The notes: generated by a model not told the origin, from the sequence alone. Positions 1 through 14,461 are shown, numbered from the whole stretch's first letter. The stretch: 63,417 nt of DNA, filler included, from Octopus bimaculoides (GCF_001194135.2; 10 parts of 8 records of this genome joined end to end with filler, not necessarily neighbours in it); one strand, 5' to 3'. Program-made: numbers and translations.

Positions 1-82
1 CTTCTAACTTGTTGTCTCTTGAGGTCTCTGAGTGAGACTTGGATCCAACTTGTAGAAATGCAAAACAAAAGTCAAACATAAA

Positions 83-118
83 ATAATAATAATAATAATA
101 ATGATGATAATAATAATG

Positions 119-157
<39 letters not shown>

Positions 158-187
158 GTAATAATAATAATAATGATGATAATAATG

Positions 188-268
<81 letters not shown>
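83..268 (+). repeat. (AAT)n microsatellite
   Basis: Direct reading. Similar tracts at 4991-5100, 14150-14640, 15136-15192, 20138-20470, 20655-20770. Confidence 0.98.
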
Positions 269-271
<3 letters not shown>

Positions 272-934
272 GCCCGGATGCAGTACCAGACAATGACTCT
301 CGTGGCTTCTGGTCTTAATTGATTGGAAGTGTTATCATGTACATTGTTTTGTCTTGGTATAAAAGATGGGCTACAGCAAAATTTCTACTTAATAGTCCAA
401 GGTACACGGGTTACAACAGGGATGGTAAGACAAATGATTTGTAAAGAGCCAGCTTTGTATTCTTATTTATATGTCGCTGGCACCAAACGCCTGACTCCAA
501 GCCAACAAATGCTTATGCTGCCCTTTGAATTCGCAGCTGTATTTATTTACGTTTGTGTGTATATTTGTCTGTGCATGGACGTTGCGTTCATGCAAGTGTA
601 TGTAGAAGACAGTATGTTATCAGTGACTATGATGAGTAGGATAATGTTTAATATTTCTCTGAATAATTCTGTTCGTTTATCTCCCAATCCTAGGTCAAAT
701 CTGCCTTTCTTCTTACCTGAGACCATTGATTGCCGAAATTTTTAGACGTTCATGTAACATTTTTTGAATGTTACACCAACCAGTACAACGACACTATTGC
801 AAGTAATATGTATATCAATCTTTTCCACTCCGATTTTCGAAAATATATTTCTAAACGTTGGCAACTACTTGTCTCTAAAATGATTTAGGCACAAAACTAA
901 TATTTTCAGAGAGTGGAAGACGAATTGTGATTTA

Positions 935-1425
935 AGCACGCCATATAAACTTTCATAACTTTATTTAGTTTTTGGAATTTTCAGAAAGTTTTTCCGTATT
1001 TGTGTTTTACTCACAGGGATTCAAACGAGTATAATTAAAACAAAAATAAAAAAATAAAAAAATTCGAATGCTTGAAAAAAATTGTCTTGAGTTTTTCGAA
1101 ATTTGTTTTAAATATGAGTTTAAAATACGGACAGTCCGAATTTTTTGCTTCAGTCTCATCATAGACTATTAAATTTGCTTATGGGGAGAAAGATATTGAA
1201 AAACATCAATACGTCAAAGGAAGGTATCAGGTGGTCGTGATATGTGTGGTAAATAACAGCTATATCGCACACCAAAAACACACACCCTTAAATTACACAC
1301 CAAAAAACTTCTCCGTCTTGGCTTTTGCTTAATCATACGTGTGTAGAAGACAAATTAGCACAACACTTTTTCAGAAAATTCCTAAAAATATAAAAAAAAG
1401 TTCATAAGGGGTTATATGGCGTGCT
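935..1425. repeat. Imperfect ~55-60 bp inverted repeat pair, probable DNA-transposon relic
   Basis: AGCACGCCATATAA..GGAATTTTCAGAAA (935-988) versus its reverse complement at 1365-1425; the outer 14 nt are identical. Confidence 0.5.
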
Positions 1426-2121
1426 GAAAGCAGAATGCCGCCGGGTGGAGGTGGGGTATTTGAAGCGACTAATCTAGTACTTGAATGGAGCATTATTTCA
1501 TCGACGCCGGAATGATGAGAGACAGAAACGAATTGGACGGGATCTGAATTCAGAATATAAAGAGCCAGAAAAACATACTGCAAAACATATTTTCCAGTGA
1601 TCTAACAACTCATCTCTTTGTATCAAAACATAGATGGTTTCCCAAACTTGTGTAGTGAAGAGTGGCATTCCATTGACTGAATCCTGATTTGTTGAGACAC
1701 GCAGAGGCCGTGTATGTATTGTAATGTGTATCTGTGTGTGTAAGTGCTTTAGTGTAAAGAAAAATAAGAAATAATAGTCTTATATGGTTATATCCACATG
1801 GTGTCATATATATATATATATATATANNNNNNNNNNNNNNNNNNNNNNNNNNNNNNNNNNNNNNNNNNNNNNNNNNNNNNNNNNNNNNNNNNNNNNNNNN
1901 NNNNNNNNNNNNNNNNNNNNNNNNNNNNNNNNNNNNNNNNNNNNNNNNNNNNNNNNNNNNNNNNNNNNNNNNNNNNNNNNNNNNNNNNNNNNNNNNNNNN
2001 NNNNNNNNNNNNNNNNNNNNNNNNNNNNNNNNNNNNNNNNNNNNNNNNNNNNNNNNNNNNNNNNNNNNNNNNNNNNNNNNNNNNNNNNNNNNNNNNNNNN
2101 NNNNNNNNNNNNNNNNNNNNN

Positions 2122-2154
<33 letters not shown>

Positions 2155-4243
2155 GTTTGTGCTTGTGTCTCTGTGTATGCATGCGTGTCTATATATGAAA
2201 TGTACAGATGAATGTGTGCGTGTGTGTGCAGGTATGTACATAGTGGATCGGAGTGGGGTTAAATTTCCCTATATCTGTAAAATTAGTTCATTAAGTCAGC
2301 CCGTATCAGTAAGCTATTCTCCACAAATGTAACAAATATGACATTTTATTGGAAGTTACAAGAGAACAAAACATACCTCTGCTGCATCTAAACATCTTTG
2401 TATTTATGCCAGATGTTTATAATTGACAGATTAATATCTGTTGAGAATTCTATAAATTTCTTCTCTTGTCTGGAAATATAATTGATTATAGCCAAACGTC
2501 AGTTTGTTAGGGTGGTATATATATCTTTCTGTTTACCACATTAACATTTGCCTGATATAATCTGATTAGTACAAATATACTTGTAATTGTAACATTGTAT
2601 CTATCAATACAAACAATAGTATTTTGTTATTCGTGTATTATTTTTCATATTAACTATACACTCCTTCTATAGCCAAACTAAAACTATATCATGCAGGTGT
2701 CTTTTATAGTGTTCAGAAACATCTATTGAAATATTACGATGCTTGTGATATATTTCTTATCAAACGTTGGCAAATATCACATTTACACATTCTGTTATAT
2801 TTTATTATATTTTGGGGATTTGCATGTAACAACTTTCGTACAACAACTGATTTTTTCATACATTTTACGCGCATTTCTTAATAATATGAAACAACTTCAC
2901 ATTTTAAATATGCTAGTTCCCGGTGTTGAAATTTAGATTAGTATCATATTTTTATTTTGTTTTTAGAAGTGGAATCAGTAAATAGATGTTATTTACTTAT
3001 ACACAAATTGATGTGAATTCGATTAAAATTATCTTTCTTTTTATGTACATTATTTTATGTTTAATATTGATCATGTCTAAAAACTAAAATGTTTCATGCT
3101 TTTAAGCTTTTCTATAATATTCTCTTTGATATGTAAATTAATTTCAAATTGTCAATGGTTGTAATTAAATCTTATGTATTTGTATACTTTATTGCGATTA
3201 CATTAAAAATGTTGAAATAATTTTATCTGAAATCAGTGAAAGCTAATTACATATGCTAAACTAGTGGAAAATAAAAATTGAAGTTTCCTGTATTCAGCGA
3301 TCAAGCGGTGTATGTAAATATGATACTTATTGACGGATGTTCATAAAATTAATCCTAAACATTACTGAAAATTTTCTGCATTACGACAGTATTAAGATTT
3401 ATTTGCATCAGTATTCTAAGTAAATTACTATCTCATTCACAACTAAATAAGCTAAGATAGACATACATTGAAATAAAAATATTCTTTATTTCTAAAAGCA
3501 ATTTACCATAGCTTGGTGAACAATTTAAATAAGAATTCTGAGCTAGATGGCTGTAAACAATTATATTATGTTACAATTTCACTTAGGCATAGTGAACAGT
3601 TGTTAGAAGTCAATAAACTTATGCTTTGGAGTAAAGTGGTAGGAAACTACAGAACGTAATATCAACTCCTCCTGGATTAAAATGTTGTCGAATATATTTT
3701 CAAGGAAGCGTCTATTATATTTGGGTATATTTCTGAAGTACTGGTTTCATATACGTAGCTTATGTTTCGTTTTACTGCACAAGGTTATGTCATAATCTTT
3801 TAGTGAGCTGTTTCGAAGTAATCTACATACGTGCGATTTTTTGGTGAGAATTCTGAGATTGTTACACACTTTTCACATCAAACATATGTGTTATTTGTTT
3901 TAGAATAGTTAAATTCTGTTAATGCTTTGCAAAGGGAGTGTATTTACGCTATAATTAATATCCCCCTAGGGGAAATATAAACCATAATGTAAATATATCA
4001 TCTTGGTAGGGCTTGACTAAGGCGGTACAATGAATTGAATGTTGTGGATCTCACTCAGGATGCGTGCTCGCTATTACATTGTTTAGGATATTCTGCACTT
4101 TCTCTATTACTATAATAATAATAATAATTGAGTACCTTCAGCTTAGAGTATAAGCTCGATCAAATACTCGGTATAATTCTGACATTCGAAATATTTGTGT
4201 CTACGAAATTGCAATATGAATTGAATAACAAATTTAAATTGGC

Positions 4244-4660
4244 AGACTAACCTTGTTTTAAGGATGCTAATTGATAGACTTGCTAGTCTTTTTGAATGCA
4301 TTAAACTCGTAATGAAATTATGTAGCCTCAGTCTTATTTGAATGAATCAGAGTAACTTTTTTAAGCATTCGCTCGTTGCAAGGTCCTTAGACTACTGAAA
4401 ACGTAAGAGCTACTAGTATAAAATGGACGCTAGACAGAAGTCAATAGACTAACCTTGTTTTAAAGGATGCTAATTGATAGACTTGCTAGTATTTTTGAAT
4501 GCATTAAACTCGTAATGAAATTATGAAGCCTCAGTCTTATTTCTTTTGAGTCCATTGAATGAATCAGAGCAATTATTTTTTAATCATTCGCTCGTTACAA
4601 AGTCCTTAGACCACTGAAAACGCAAGAGCTACTAGACTAGGATAGATGCCAGACAGAAGT
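4244..4660. repeat. Direct tandem duplication, period ~202 bp, about 90% identical
   Basis: AGACTAACCTTGTTTTAA..GGATGCTAATTGATAGACTTGCTAG starts at 4244 and 4446. Confidence 0.9.
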
Positions 4661-5000
4661 CAAAAGACGACGATGTACATTAGACTTAAAAGACTGGAGG
4701 TCATATTGAAGAGGAAAACCAGACTTTAGAATGGAATTCCAAAGTTCAGAGGTGCGAGGGAAGAAACTGGTACTGTAAAGCGTTTTACGACACATTGGAG
4801 GTTTCACAGTATACTGATGATTACTAGATGCAATCTAGTCGATCGCTGATAAGTTCTTAGAGGAGGAACCAGAGAAGAGAACTCAACTGAACAATGTCTA
4901 TGAAAATGCTTATAGAAAAGAGACAAGGAAGCTACAAGACGACGGGCTACTAACCCCAAGATTCCGAGTTAGATTCCAGGCAGTGACCTAAATAATAATG

Positions 5001-5079
<79 letters not shown>

Positions 5080-5102
5080 TAACAACAACAACAACAACAA
5101 CA

Positions 5103-5240
5103 TCGAAAAATACCTGAGAACTCAGGTCCGAAATTTGCCCAAGACACCTGATGAAGGCTGGAGGGTATATCAGCCGAAACGTTGTGTTAACAACAAACAA
5201 GATGAGGACAAATATCCGTCAAATGTAAATAATGTAAATA
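5103..5240 (+). mobile_element. Penelope-like element terminal (pLTR) remnant
   Basis: Contains a minimal hammerhead motif, the established hallmark of PLE termini, and sits next to a microsatellite. Confidence 0.65.
5143..5188 (+). ncRNA. Minimal type I hammerhead ribozyme motif
   Basis: GACAC-CTGATGA-A-GGCTG gagggtatat CAGCC-GAAACGTT-GTGTT: stem I 5 bp (one G-U), stem II 5 bp, palindromic ACGT stem III, GUU cleavage triplet. Confidence 0.75.
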
Positions 5241-6228
5241 AAAATGTAAGAGATTACCTGCACATTTTGCTTCGCATCTAGTTTGGGATTCTTCCAGTGA
5301 TGGTTGCCTTAACCTACAAAGTTCTTATATTTGCTCCAAAAGAATAGCACCATGTATCGCTATCATTGTGAACATTCCTCCACCGATTTGTTTTCTCTCT
5401 TGTGATTTAAACTCATGTAACATTTATTTCTGAGATCAAGTCGTATCTATATATAAATATAAACGTTAAAAATCTTTTCACTTCCCGAGCGTTAAACTAA
5501 TACATCTGTTTATTGTCTAAACCAACTGTCTTCGTGTTTTTTTTGTGAATTCTCCCCATATATATATATATATATATATATANNNNNNNNNNNNNNNNNN
5601 NNNNNNNNNNNNNNNNNNNNNNNNNNNNNNNNNNNNNNNNNNNNNNNNNNNNNNNNNNNNNNNNNNNNNNNNNNNNNNNNNNNNNNNNNNNNNNNNNNNN
5701 NNNNNNNNNNNNNNNNNNNNNNNNNNNNNNNNNNNNNNNNNNNNNNNNNNNNNNNNNNNNNNNNNNNNNNNNNNNNNNNNNNNNNNNNNNNNNNNNNNNN
5801 NNNNNNNNNNNNNNNNNNNNNNNNNNNNNNNNNNNNNNNNNNNNNNNNNNNNNNNNNNNNNNNNNNNNNNNNNNNNNNNNNNNNNNNNNNNNNNNNNNNN
5901 NNNNNNNNNNNNNNNNNNNNNNNNNNNNNNNNNNNNNNNNNNNNNNNNNNNNNNNNNNNNNNNNNNNNNNNNNNNNNNNNNNNNNNNNNNNNNNNNNNNN
6001 NNNNNNNNNNNNNNNNNNNNNNNNNNNNNNNNNNNNNNNNNNNNNNNNNNNNNNNNNNNNNNNNNNNNNNNNNNNNNNNNNNNNNNNNNNNNNNNNNNNN
6101 NNNNNNNNNNNNNNNNNNNNNNNNNNNNNNNNNNNNNNNNNNNNNNNNNNNNNNNNNNNNNNNNNNNNNNNNNNNATATATATATATATATACATACATA
6201 TATATATATACATACATATATATATATT

Positions 6229-6274
<46 letters not shown>

Positions 6275-6491
6275 CATGAATATGCATACGGTGGTTGTTT
6301 CTGCCTTATGCAGAGTCCGATCAGTTATTGTACTTATACCTTAGATCCATCATGGCGTCTGATGTGGCGTTTTTAACCAGACAATGTATGCATATAAATA
6401 TATATATATGTATACATAGAGGTATATATACACATATATATATATATACATGTATATGCATGTATATATATATGAACATAGAGATATATGC

Positions 6492-6527
<36 letters not shown>

Positions 6528-8111
6528 GGGTTAATAAGGCTTCGGTCCAGGTAAAGACAAAGCGTGCGTTAACAATAGCTGCGGTGAAATTAATTAGCGT
6601 AACCCACATTTGGCTGCACGACTGCTGAAATATTCTGTCGATATTGATTCCTCGCTTATGTATCGAACTTTTGTTCAGAAACATGAGCAAAGTATAATCT
6701 CTGTATTTCTTATAACGTGCTACATTCTGAAGGAATATCATATGCAACTGCTAATTTGTGACATAAAGACTTGGATTGCCATTCTCCTGAGTCTGTTTAT
6801 GTATATTAGCTACGTCTTGATTTAAATGAATAATTAACCGATTTTTTTCCGTTTGAAGATAGAATTGATCAGAAGAGCCTGAGATATTGGACATCATTGT
6901 GATTCTGGAAGAAGGAACATAAAATGAAAGACAAGAAGCAGATGACGTGATATGAAAACACGCCGGTTAGAAGAATATTTTGATATTCCTGAAAATATCA
7001 GTGTTGTAGGTGGAGTAAAGTTTATAGCTGGAAATAATAGAAGAAAAAAACAACTGCTACTACAGGAAGTATATGGCAACAACCAGCATCCTTTGAATAA
7101 GAAACAAGTAGAAGGAAAATGAATACTAATGATATTGGTGAAAGGTCAAATGTTCTAGATGATTGTGATGGTGAATATTGAATAGCGAATGGAAGTGTTG
7201 AATATCATTATACGGAGTGTGAATGCTCCTTATCCATTCGATTGCAGAACAATGAAAATATTCCAAGGAACTCTCAGAAGTTTTATTTCAGGTGTGCTTA
7301 TAAATTCGCAAACAAACAGCATGCGCAAAATTAGTTATGAGGTACGGAAAGTAAAGAAAGCTTGTACTATTTTCAAGGGCAATGTTATGACTTAAGGGTT
7401 TTCATCAAATTTTAGTGGGGAGAATTTAAACAGATTGACAAACAGTGAGTTTCTCCCATAAAAAAGATTTATTTTCAATGTTGATGTTCAAAAGCAATTG
7501 CACTGGAGCTTGTTTACAATTGAGGACAGAAATGGAAACGGAATAAAACTGTTAGCACAGCTCTAAGGAAATACCTGCAAATTTAAAGTTTTTAGAACAA
7601 CGAGAGGTTAAATTTCGCTGTAAATTGTTGGCTACCATAGGTAAAAAGAAACAGAAGAACGTGTGAAGTACATTGTACATACACGTCTCTGCGTGAAATC
7701 AGTACTGCGTGTATCATCAAAAGATGGTTTCATTATACGAAGGAGTTATATACTGGTATATTATGTGTGTTTTATCAAAGAATTAAAATAGCTTGAGAAT
7801 ATGCTTCTTCATTTTCGGGAACAAAATACTATATAATGTTAGGTAGAGCCTTATAGGCATCAAATATTCGACTGATAAATCTTTGACTGGTAACGTTCAT
7901 GAAATCCATGAACGGAAATTTCGCCTGGAAAACTTCAATATAAAAAACAAATTTTCAAAATTGTAATTAAATTTACTGTAATTATCTTTGAGTTTTTCTT
8001 TGATCAATACCGATATTATAGCTAATTGTTCAGGTGTTGTTAACAAGATGCCGGAAGGACGATGGCGTTAATTTCACGGCAAGGTGCATTGTGATATATT
8101 TAGCGAGTACC

Positions 8112-8318
8112 ATACATGTATTGGGTAACTTACGTGGTGGACCAGACAATATGCTGGCGCCAGTCAGTTGAAAATTCTATGCAGTAAATGAGCAACAGTG
8201 AATATATATATATTCACCAGAGAAAAGACTTCTGTTGCTCATTTACTGCATAGAATTTTCAACTGACTGGCGCCAGCATATTGTCTGGTCCACCACGTAA
8301 GTTACCCAATACACGTAT
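8112..8318. repeat. Fold-back inverted repeat: 87-bp arms (1 mismatch), 33-bp spacer
   Basis: 8112-8198 is the reverse complement of 8232-8318. The spacer holds its own palindrome GTGAATATATATATATTCAC (8198-8217). The right arm runs into a gap. Confidence 0.95.
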
Positions 8319-8799
8319 NNNNNNNNNNNNNNNNNNNNNNNNNNNNNNNNNNNNNNNNNNNNNNNNNNNNNNNNNNNNNNNNNNNNNNNNNNNNNNNNNN
8401 NNNNNNNNNNNNNNNNNNNNNNNNNNNNNNNNNNNNNNNNNNNNNNNNNNNNNNNNNNNNNNNNNNNNNNNNNNNNNNNNNNNNNNNNNNNNNNNNNNNN
8501 NNNNNNNNNNNNNNNNNNNNNNNNNNNNNNNNNNNNNNNNNNNNNNNNNNNNNNNNNNNNNNNNNNNNNNNNNNNNNNNNNNNNNNNNNNNNNNNNNNNN
8601 NNNNNNNNNNNNNNNNNNNNNNNNNNNNNNNNNNNNNNNNNNNNNNNNNNNNNNNNNNNNNNNNNNNNNNNNNNNNNNNNNNNNNNNNNNNNNNNNNNNN
8701 NNNNNNNNNNNNNNNNNNNNNNNNNNNNNNNNNNNNNNNNNNNNNNNNNNNNNNNNNNNNNNNNNNNNNNNNNNNNNNNNNNNNNNNNNNNNNNNNNNN

Positions 8800-8838
<39 letters not shown>

Positions 8839-8963
8839 ACACCCACACACACCCACACACACACACACACATGTACGCAATTATGTATATACGACTAAAT
8901 GATGTACGAGCTAAAAGAAATTGTTTGTAAGATTCCATTGCGTAGAAATAAATTTATTCATGC

Positions 8964-8994
<31 letters not shown>

Positions 8995-9746
8995 CTCTAT
9001 TTGTCGACGGTATTTTTCCTTCCTTTCATCAGTGCTTGGCCTGTTTTGATTTATGTATCAACGTCAAGCTATTAAAAATACGCAAATGAGATAAGCTAAT
9101 AATTATCTTGTTTCAATCAGAACTATAGTCTCAATTGTATTTTTTTTTCCCTTTTACCCTACATTTCCTTTTTAAGAAGTCTTATTGTCTAACATACAAT
9201 ACATTGTCTGCTGAAGACCAGCTTTAATGATAGAAGAAAGAGAACAGCAAGAAAGTCAATATTCAATAAAGCTAAAGAAACCGAAATCAAAACACAAAAT
9301 GGAATTACTTTTAATTAATCACCCGAACGATAAAAATTAATAGATTACATTTCATAGATCGAGATTATTTTTGCTTATGAAATAAATTGTGCTTGTACAT
9401 CGAAGTACATGCATACATACATACATACATACATGCATGCATACATACACACATACTTATATGCATACACATTTGTGAACTCACAAGTTTATTGCCACGC
9501 GTAGAAAATGATTAAACATAATAACTACACGTATAGAGACGCACGTGGGTATACTAGTATTTGTGTATTTATATCTGCATAGTATATATATATACGTAGA
9601 CCCACACAGTCGAGCGTACTGGCGGGCACACACATCCAATCATCCAGATATCTCTATAACTAAGTTGTTGAGAAAGTTTTTCATATATATATATATATAC
9701 ATACATACATATGATACATACAAACACACACACACACACACACACG

Positions 9747-9786
<40 letters not shown>

Positions 9787-10533
9787 CATATATGTTTGTA
9801 TATATGTATATGTACACGCACTCACACAACCGCAGACAAACACACACATATCTTCAGCAAATTATCTAAATGATCATATAATATTTTCGTCTCTCCTCTT
9901 TTGCAATCGATTTCTCAAAGAGTCTGAGCTTCTATATAATTAAAGACAGATGTCTGGAAATATATTTGCCGGGAAACAAACTTCGGATGATAAGGTTGAA
10001 GTTGGTGTTAACATATTTAATGTTAAGGAAGTTGAAGATCTAATTATGAACATGTAAGTGATAACGTAATGCGATCGCTAGATAAATATCGGCATTACTT
10101 TAATCAGTATGACATATACGGGAGACAACTCCAGGCTGATGGTTTTTCTCTTTTACCTTTTTCTCGATTCAGTCCTTCCATCATCCAACACTCAGAGACA
10201 TTAACTTTTATATTCAGTGTAGTTAGTAATATTTAGGATGAGACACCGAGTGGCACATCGGTGCCGTTATGATTCGTTAAGGCGTTGAAACCATCCACCA
10301 CACCTTAGATATGAAAAAGTAGCATATTTATGAAATTAAATTGTCGATTTTATAGATGTGGCTGTGTGGTAAGCAGTTTGCTTCGTAACTACATTGTTCC
10401 GGGTTCAGCTCCACTACGTACCGCCTTAGGTAGTGCCTTCTACTATAGCCTCGGTCCGACCAAAGTCTTGTTAGTAGATTGGTAGACGGAAACTGAAAGA
10501 AACCCGTCATATGTATGTATATATATATATAGG

Positions 10534-10568
<35 letters not shown>

Positions 10569-13442
10569 GCATATTTGTGTATGTATGTCTGTGTTTGTTC
10601 CCCACCACCGCTTGGCAACAGGTGTTAGTGTGTCTACGCCTCAGAATGGCTGCCGTCTAATAAATAAAACAAGTAAAAAATAAAGAATATAAGATTTTAT
10701 TTCCCAAATACGCTTTTGTCAAAATCCCGATAGTTAAATCAAATCTAAGCACATTATTTCGTTAGTATTAAATATCTTACGATATCAAATATTTATTCCA
10801 CGAGGTAAATACCTATTAAACAGTTTTATATTAGTGACTATTATTTTAATTTTTCTCTTCATACTATATGAAACAATCTTCTACATGGTTTCATTTGATA
10901 AGGCTTCTCCTTTTATTTGATAAGACTTCTCACTAAAGAACACATTCTACGAGAGAATGAGCACATTTATTTACTCAGTGAAACACTAATATATCACATC
11001 TACTCTTGTGGAATATTTTACATCAATCTTGTGTTTGGTTCATTGCTACTTTGATATGTATCCTTATGTCTTTGATTCGTTGAACGAATTTCCAAATAAC
11101 GGTCTATTTGCCAACACCCTTGCTATAGCATTCTGCTTAAAACCTAATATACACTATTTCTCACAGTATAATATGTCTAACTACACTGAATATAAACATT
11201 AATCTCCTTCAGTGTTGGATTTCAATAATTAATTTTTCAAAAATATATAAACCTCTACGATAACCAGCTCTGGAATCTGGTCTTGAAGACATTAAAGGGT
11301 TTATAATATGGCAATTCTGTGTACATTTAATAACTAACCGCAGTTTCTAAAACTGTCCATATGAAAAGTGGTACATATTATAAGTCTTGTCTATAGCTAA
11401 TATTTTCGGATTATTTTATGTTATTAGTAAATATGATATCAATATATCAACTATCAGGTGTATTCCATTCCACATACAGATGCCAACTGTCTGGGTTTAC
11501 GATCTTCTAGATATAGCTGAAAGAATCCTTTAAGGGAATATTTGAGTACATGGCAATGTTCAATGTCAGTATATAATCGGAAACATTATAATGGATAAGT
11601 AAGTGAATATTGTAAAGAAGCAAGATATGCTGATTGCAATCGACAATTAACTATCTTTTAATCATCATAGGAGCATACGATATGTTTTTAACGCGTTCCA
11701 GTACGTTCGGACATGAAAAAACATATCTTGCAGAAATATGCCGGAGAAAAGGATTGTAATTGGAGAAAATCTGTGCGAGAAAATCTCAATTAAATGTTAT
11801 ATTTATGATGGTGTGCTTCCCATAGCCACTAACAACTTGTTAGACCAGCACATTGTAGATTTGCTGATGTTCACAAGGCTTTGTCAACTTGGAATTAATT
11901 ATTAAGAGGCTAGAAGCGTACTAAGCAAATTGAATGAAACAGGTGTGAAGAATCAGCTTTGACATGTTTGTGTGCATTGGAATAGGGAAAGATGTACGCT
12001 GCAGAAATTGTCTGGGCAGAAAGAAACCTTATATAACTAATATGTGTTTATAGCTAATATGTGTTTAGGCTAAAAATGACATCATTAGACGTAGGATGAT
12101 TGTGTTTGGGCATTGTTGCACCTCTTCCGCTATGGATACGAGTCGTCGTACGTAGTCACAAAAGATTTATTCTTCTTATATCACGACAACAAATCGAAAT
12201 TTTTTCATGTGTACAAACCTTTGTGAAACTGGAAATAATAAGTAAATCGAAGTGTACAAATCAGTGTTGCATGAAATGTAGGTGCGTACAATTATATTTA
12301 ACATGTTCGTGCTCTTTCGGATACGGAAAGACATACAATGCAGAAATTATCACGAGAGGAAAAATTTCCCTTATAGACAATACAGACTGTTGGGCGCTGA
12401 ATGAGGTCGTTGGACTGCAGAACTCATGCATACCTGCATCGCTACGTATGTTAAACTAATGATACCGAGTCATCATTCATAGCCACTTTTTAGAACAGCA
12501 AGATGTAAACTTACGGATGGGCGGAAAGATTTGCCAGGCTGGAAATAATTAACTAGAGGTATACTGAGCATCGCTGAATGAAATATAGGTGCATACGATG
12601 ATATGTAACATATTCGTCTACACTGAACAAGGAAAGTCATACGCTGCAGAAATAACCTCGACAAATATAGAATTATTCTCCTAATTATTCTTATATTGTG
12701 AAAAACAAAATATTGAGATATAAATGACGTGGTCGGAGTATAGGCTGCAACCAACCATACGATTTAACAGTAGACATAGAAACACAACGATGCGGGAACG
12801 CATGTATCATGTTGTGACATGGTTCATGGCGTAATAGTGTTATTGGCACATGATATCTATAAGACCAAGGATACAAATATACTTCTACAGGGAAAAACAA
12901 TATTTGAAGACATCTCAAGGTCACTGACATGAGAATTGATGCAGAGAACAGGAATGAAAATATAAGGAAAAATAAAATGTTGTACATATTCTATAAAATG
13001 GAGATGGAGTTTGAAATATAGGATGAAAATATCAATATACATGTGTGTGTGTATGTGGATATATGTGTGTGAGCATATATAGATACATACATACATACAT
13101 ACATATATATATATATATANNNNNNNNNNNNNNNNNNNNNNNNNNNNNNNNNNNNNNNNNNNNNNNNNNNNNNNNNNNNNNNNNNNNNNNNNNNNNNNNN
13201 NNNNNNNNNNNNNNNNNNNNNNNNNNNNNNNNNNNNNNNNNNNNNNNNNNNNNNNNNNNNNNNNNNNNNNNNNNNNNNNNNNNNNNNNNNNNNNNNNNNN
13301 NNNNNNNNNNNNNNNNNNNNNNNNNNNNNNNNNNNNNNNNNNNNNNNNNNNNNNNNNNNNNNNNTATAGAAGCGCATGCAAACGTGTAAGCTCACTTACT
13401 CACACACATACACACACACACATACACACACACACACACACA

Positions 13443-13484
<42 letters not shown>

Positions 13485-14053
13485 GTGTTTTATGTGATCT
13501 ATTGCAAATGTTTTACAGCGTCTGCAACATACATACATATACAGGTTCGTATGTGCGCGTACAAATTAATATATGCATACAATATAGTTTTCTAGATGTT
13601 TCAGAATATCCGCTTTATTTCTTTGTATGTAAGAGCCAGTAAAGATTTTTTTTTCTCACATGCACACAAAAGCATATATTCTCAAGTATTGCTATTTATA
13701 TATATTTTCAAATATATCAAGTTCTATGGCGCCATCACTATATGTCCGCATGTATACTGATTTTCATACGAATCACATTTAATTTACATTCTTGTGAATA
13801 TATGTTGTGGATATTGCGTGAGCTTATCATCTAATTACTCAAATCAGCCGTCTTCAAATGCCCTATTCATATTATTCCACTTTGATATCGGTCTTTGATA
13901 CAATACATTAAGAGTTTGTATAGATCTTTGCTGTACTTATCTTTTGTACTATTTCTTTTTAACCAGAATGCTTTTACGTCTCTGCAATAATAGCGTAAGA
14001 AGAGTAAAAGAATGAGAAATAAGAACTGAAATCCGAATGTACACACACACAGA

Positions 14054-14091
<38 letters not shown>

Positions 14092-14149
14092 GAAAAAAAG
14101 GAAAGTGATGTAAGAGTGCAATAAATTAACAACAACAAGAATAATGTTT

Positions 14150-14188
<39 letters not shown>

Positions 14189-14243
14189 TTAATAGTAACA
14201 ACAACAGCAATAACAACAATCACAACTAATAATAACGATAGCC

Positions 14244-14315
<72 letters not shown>

Positions 14316-14374
14316 TTAATAATAAATATATAAATAATAAACAACAACAATCACATTACTGATAATAACGATAG

Positions 14375-14461
<87 letters not shown>

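Noticed and set aside
4811-4850. CTGATGA followed by a 7-bp hairpin (ACTAGAT/ATCTAGT); a similar case at 46494-46520
   Set aside because: The GAAA core half is missing (GATCG; AAAC) and stem I cannot be closed; at best decayed hammerheads.
9950-10053. Exon-like stretch MSGNIFAGKQTSDDKVEVGVNIFNVKEVEDLIMN followed by GTAAGT
   Set aside because: Poor polypyrimidine tract, no homology recognised, no partner exon.
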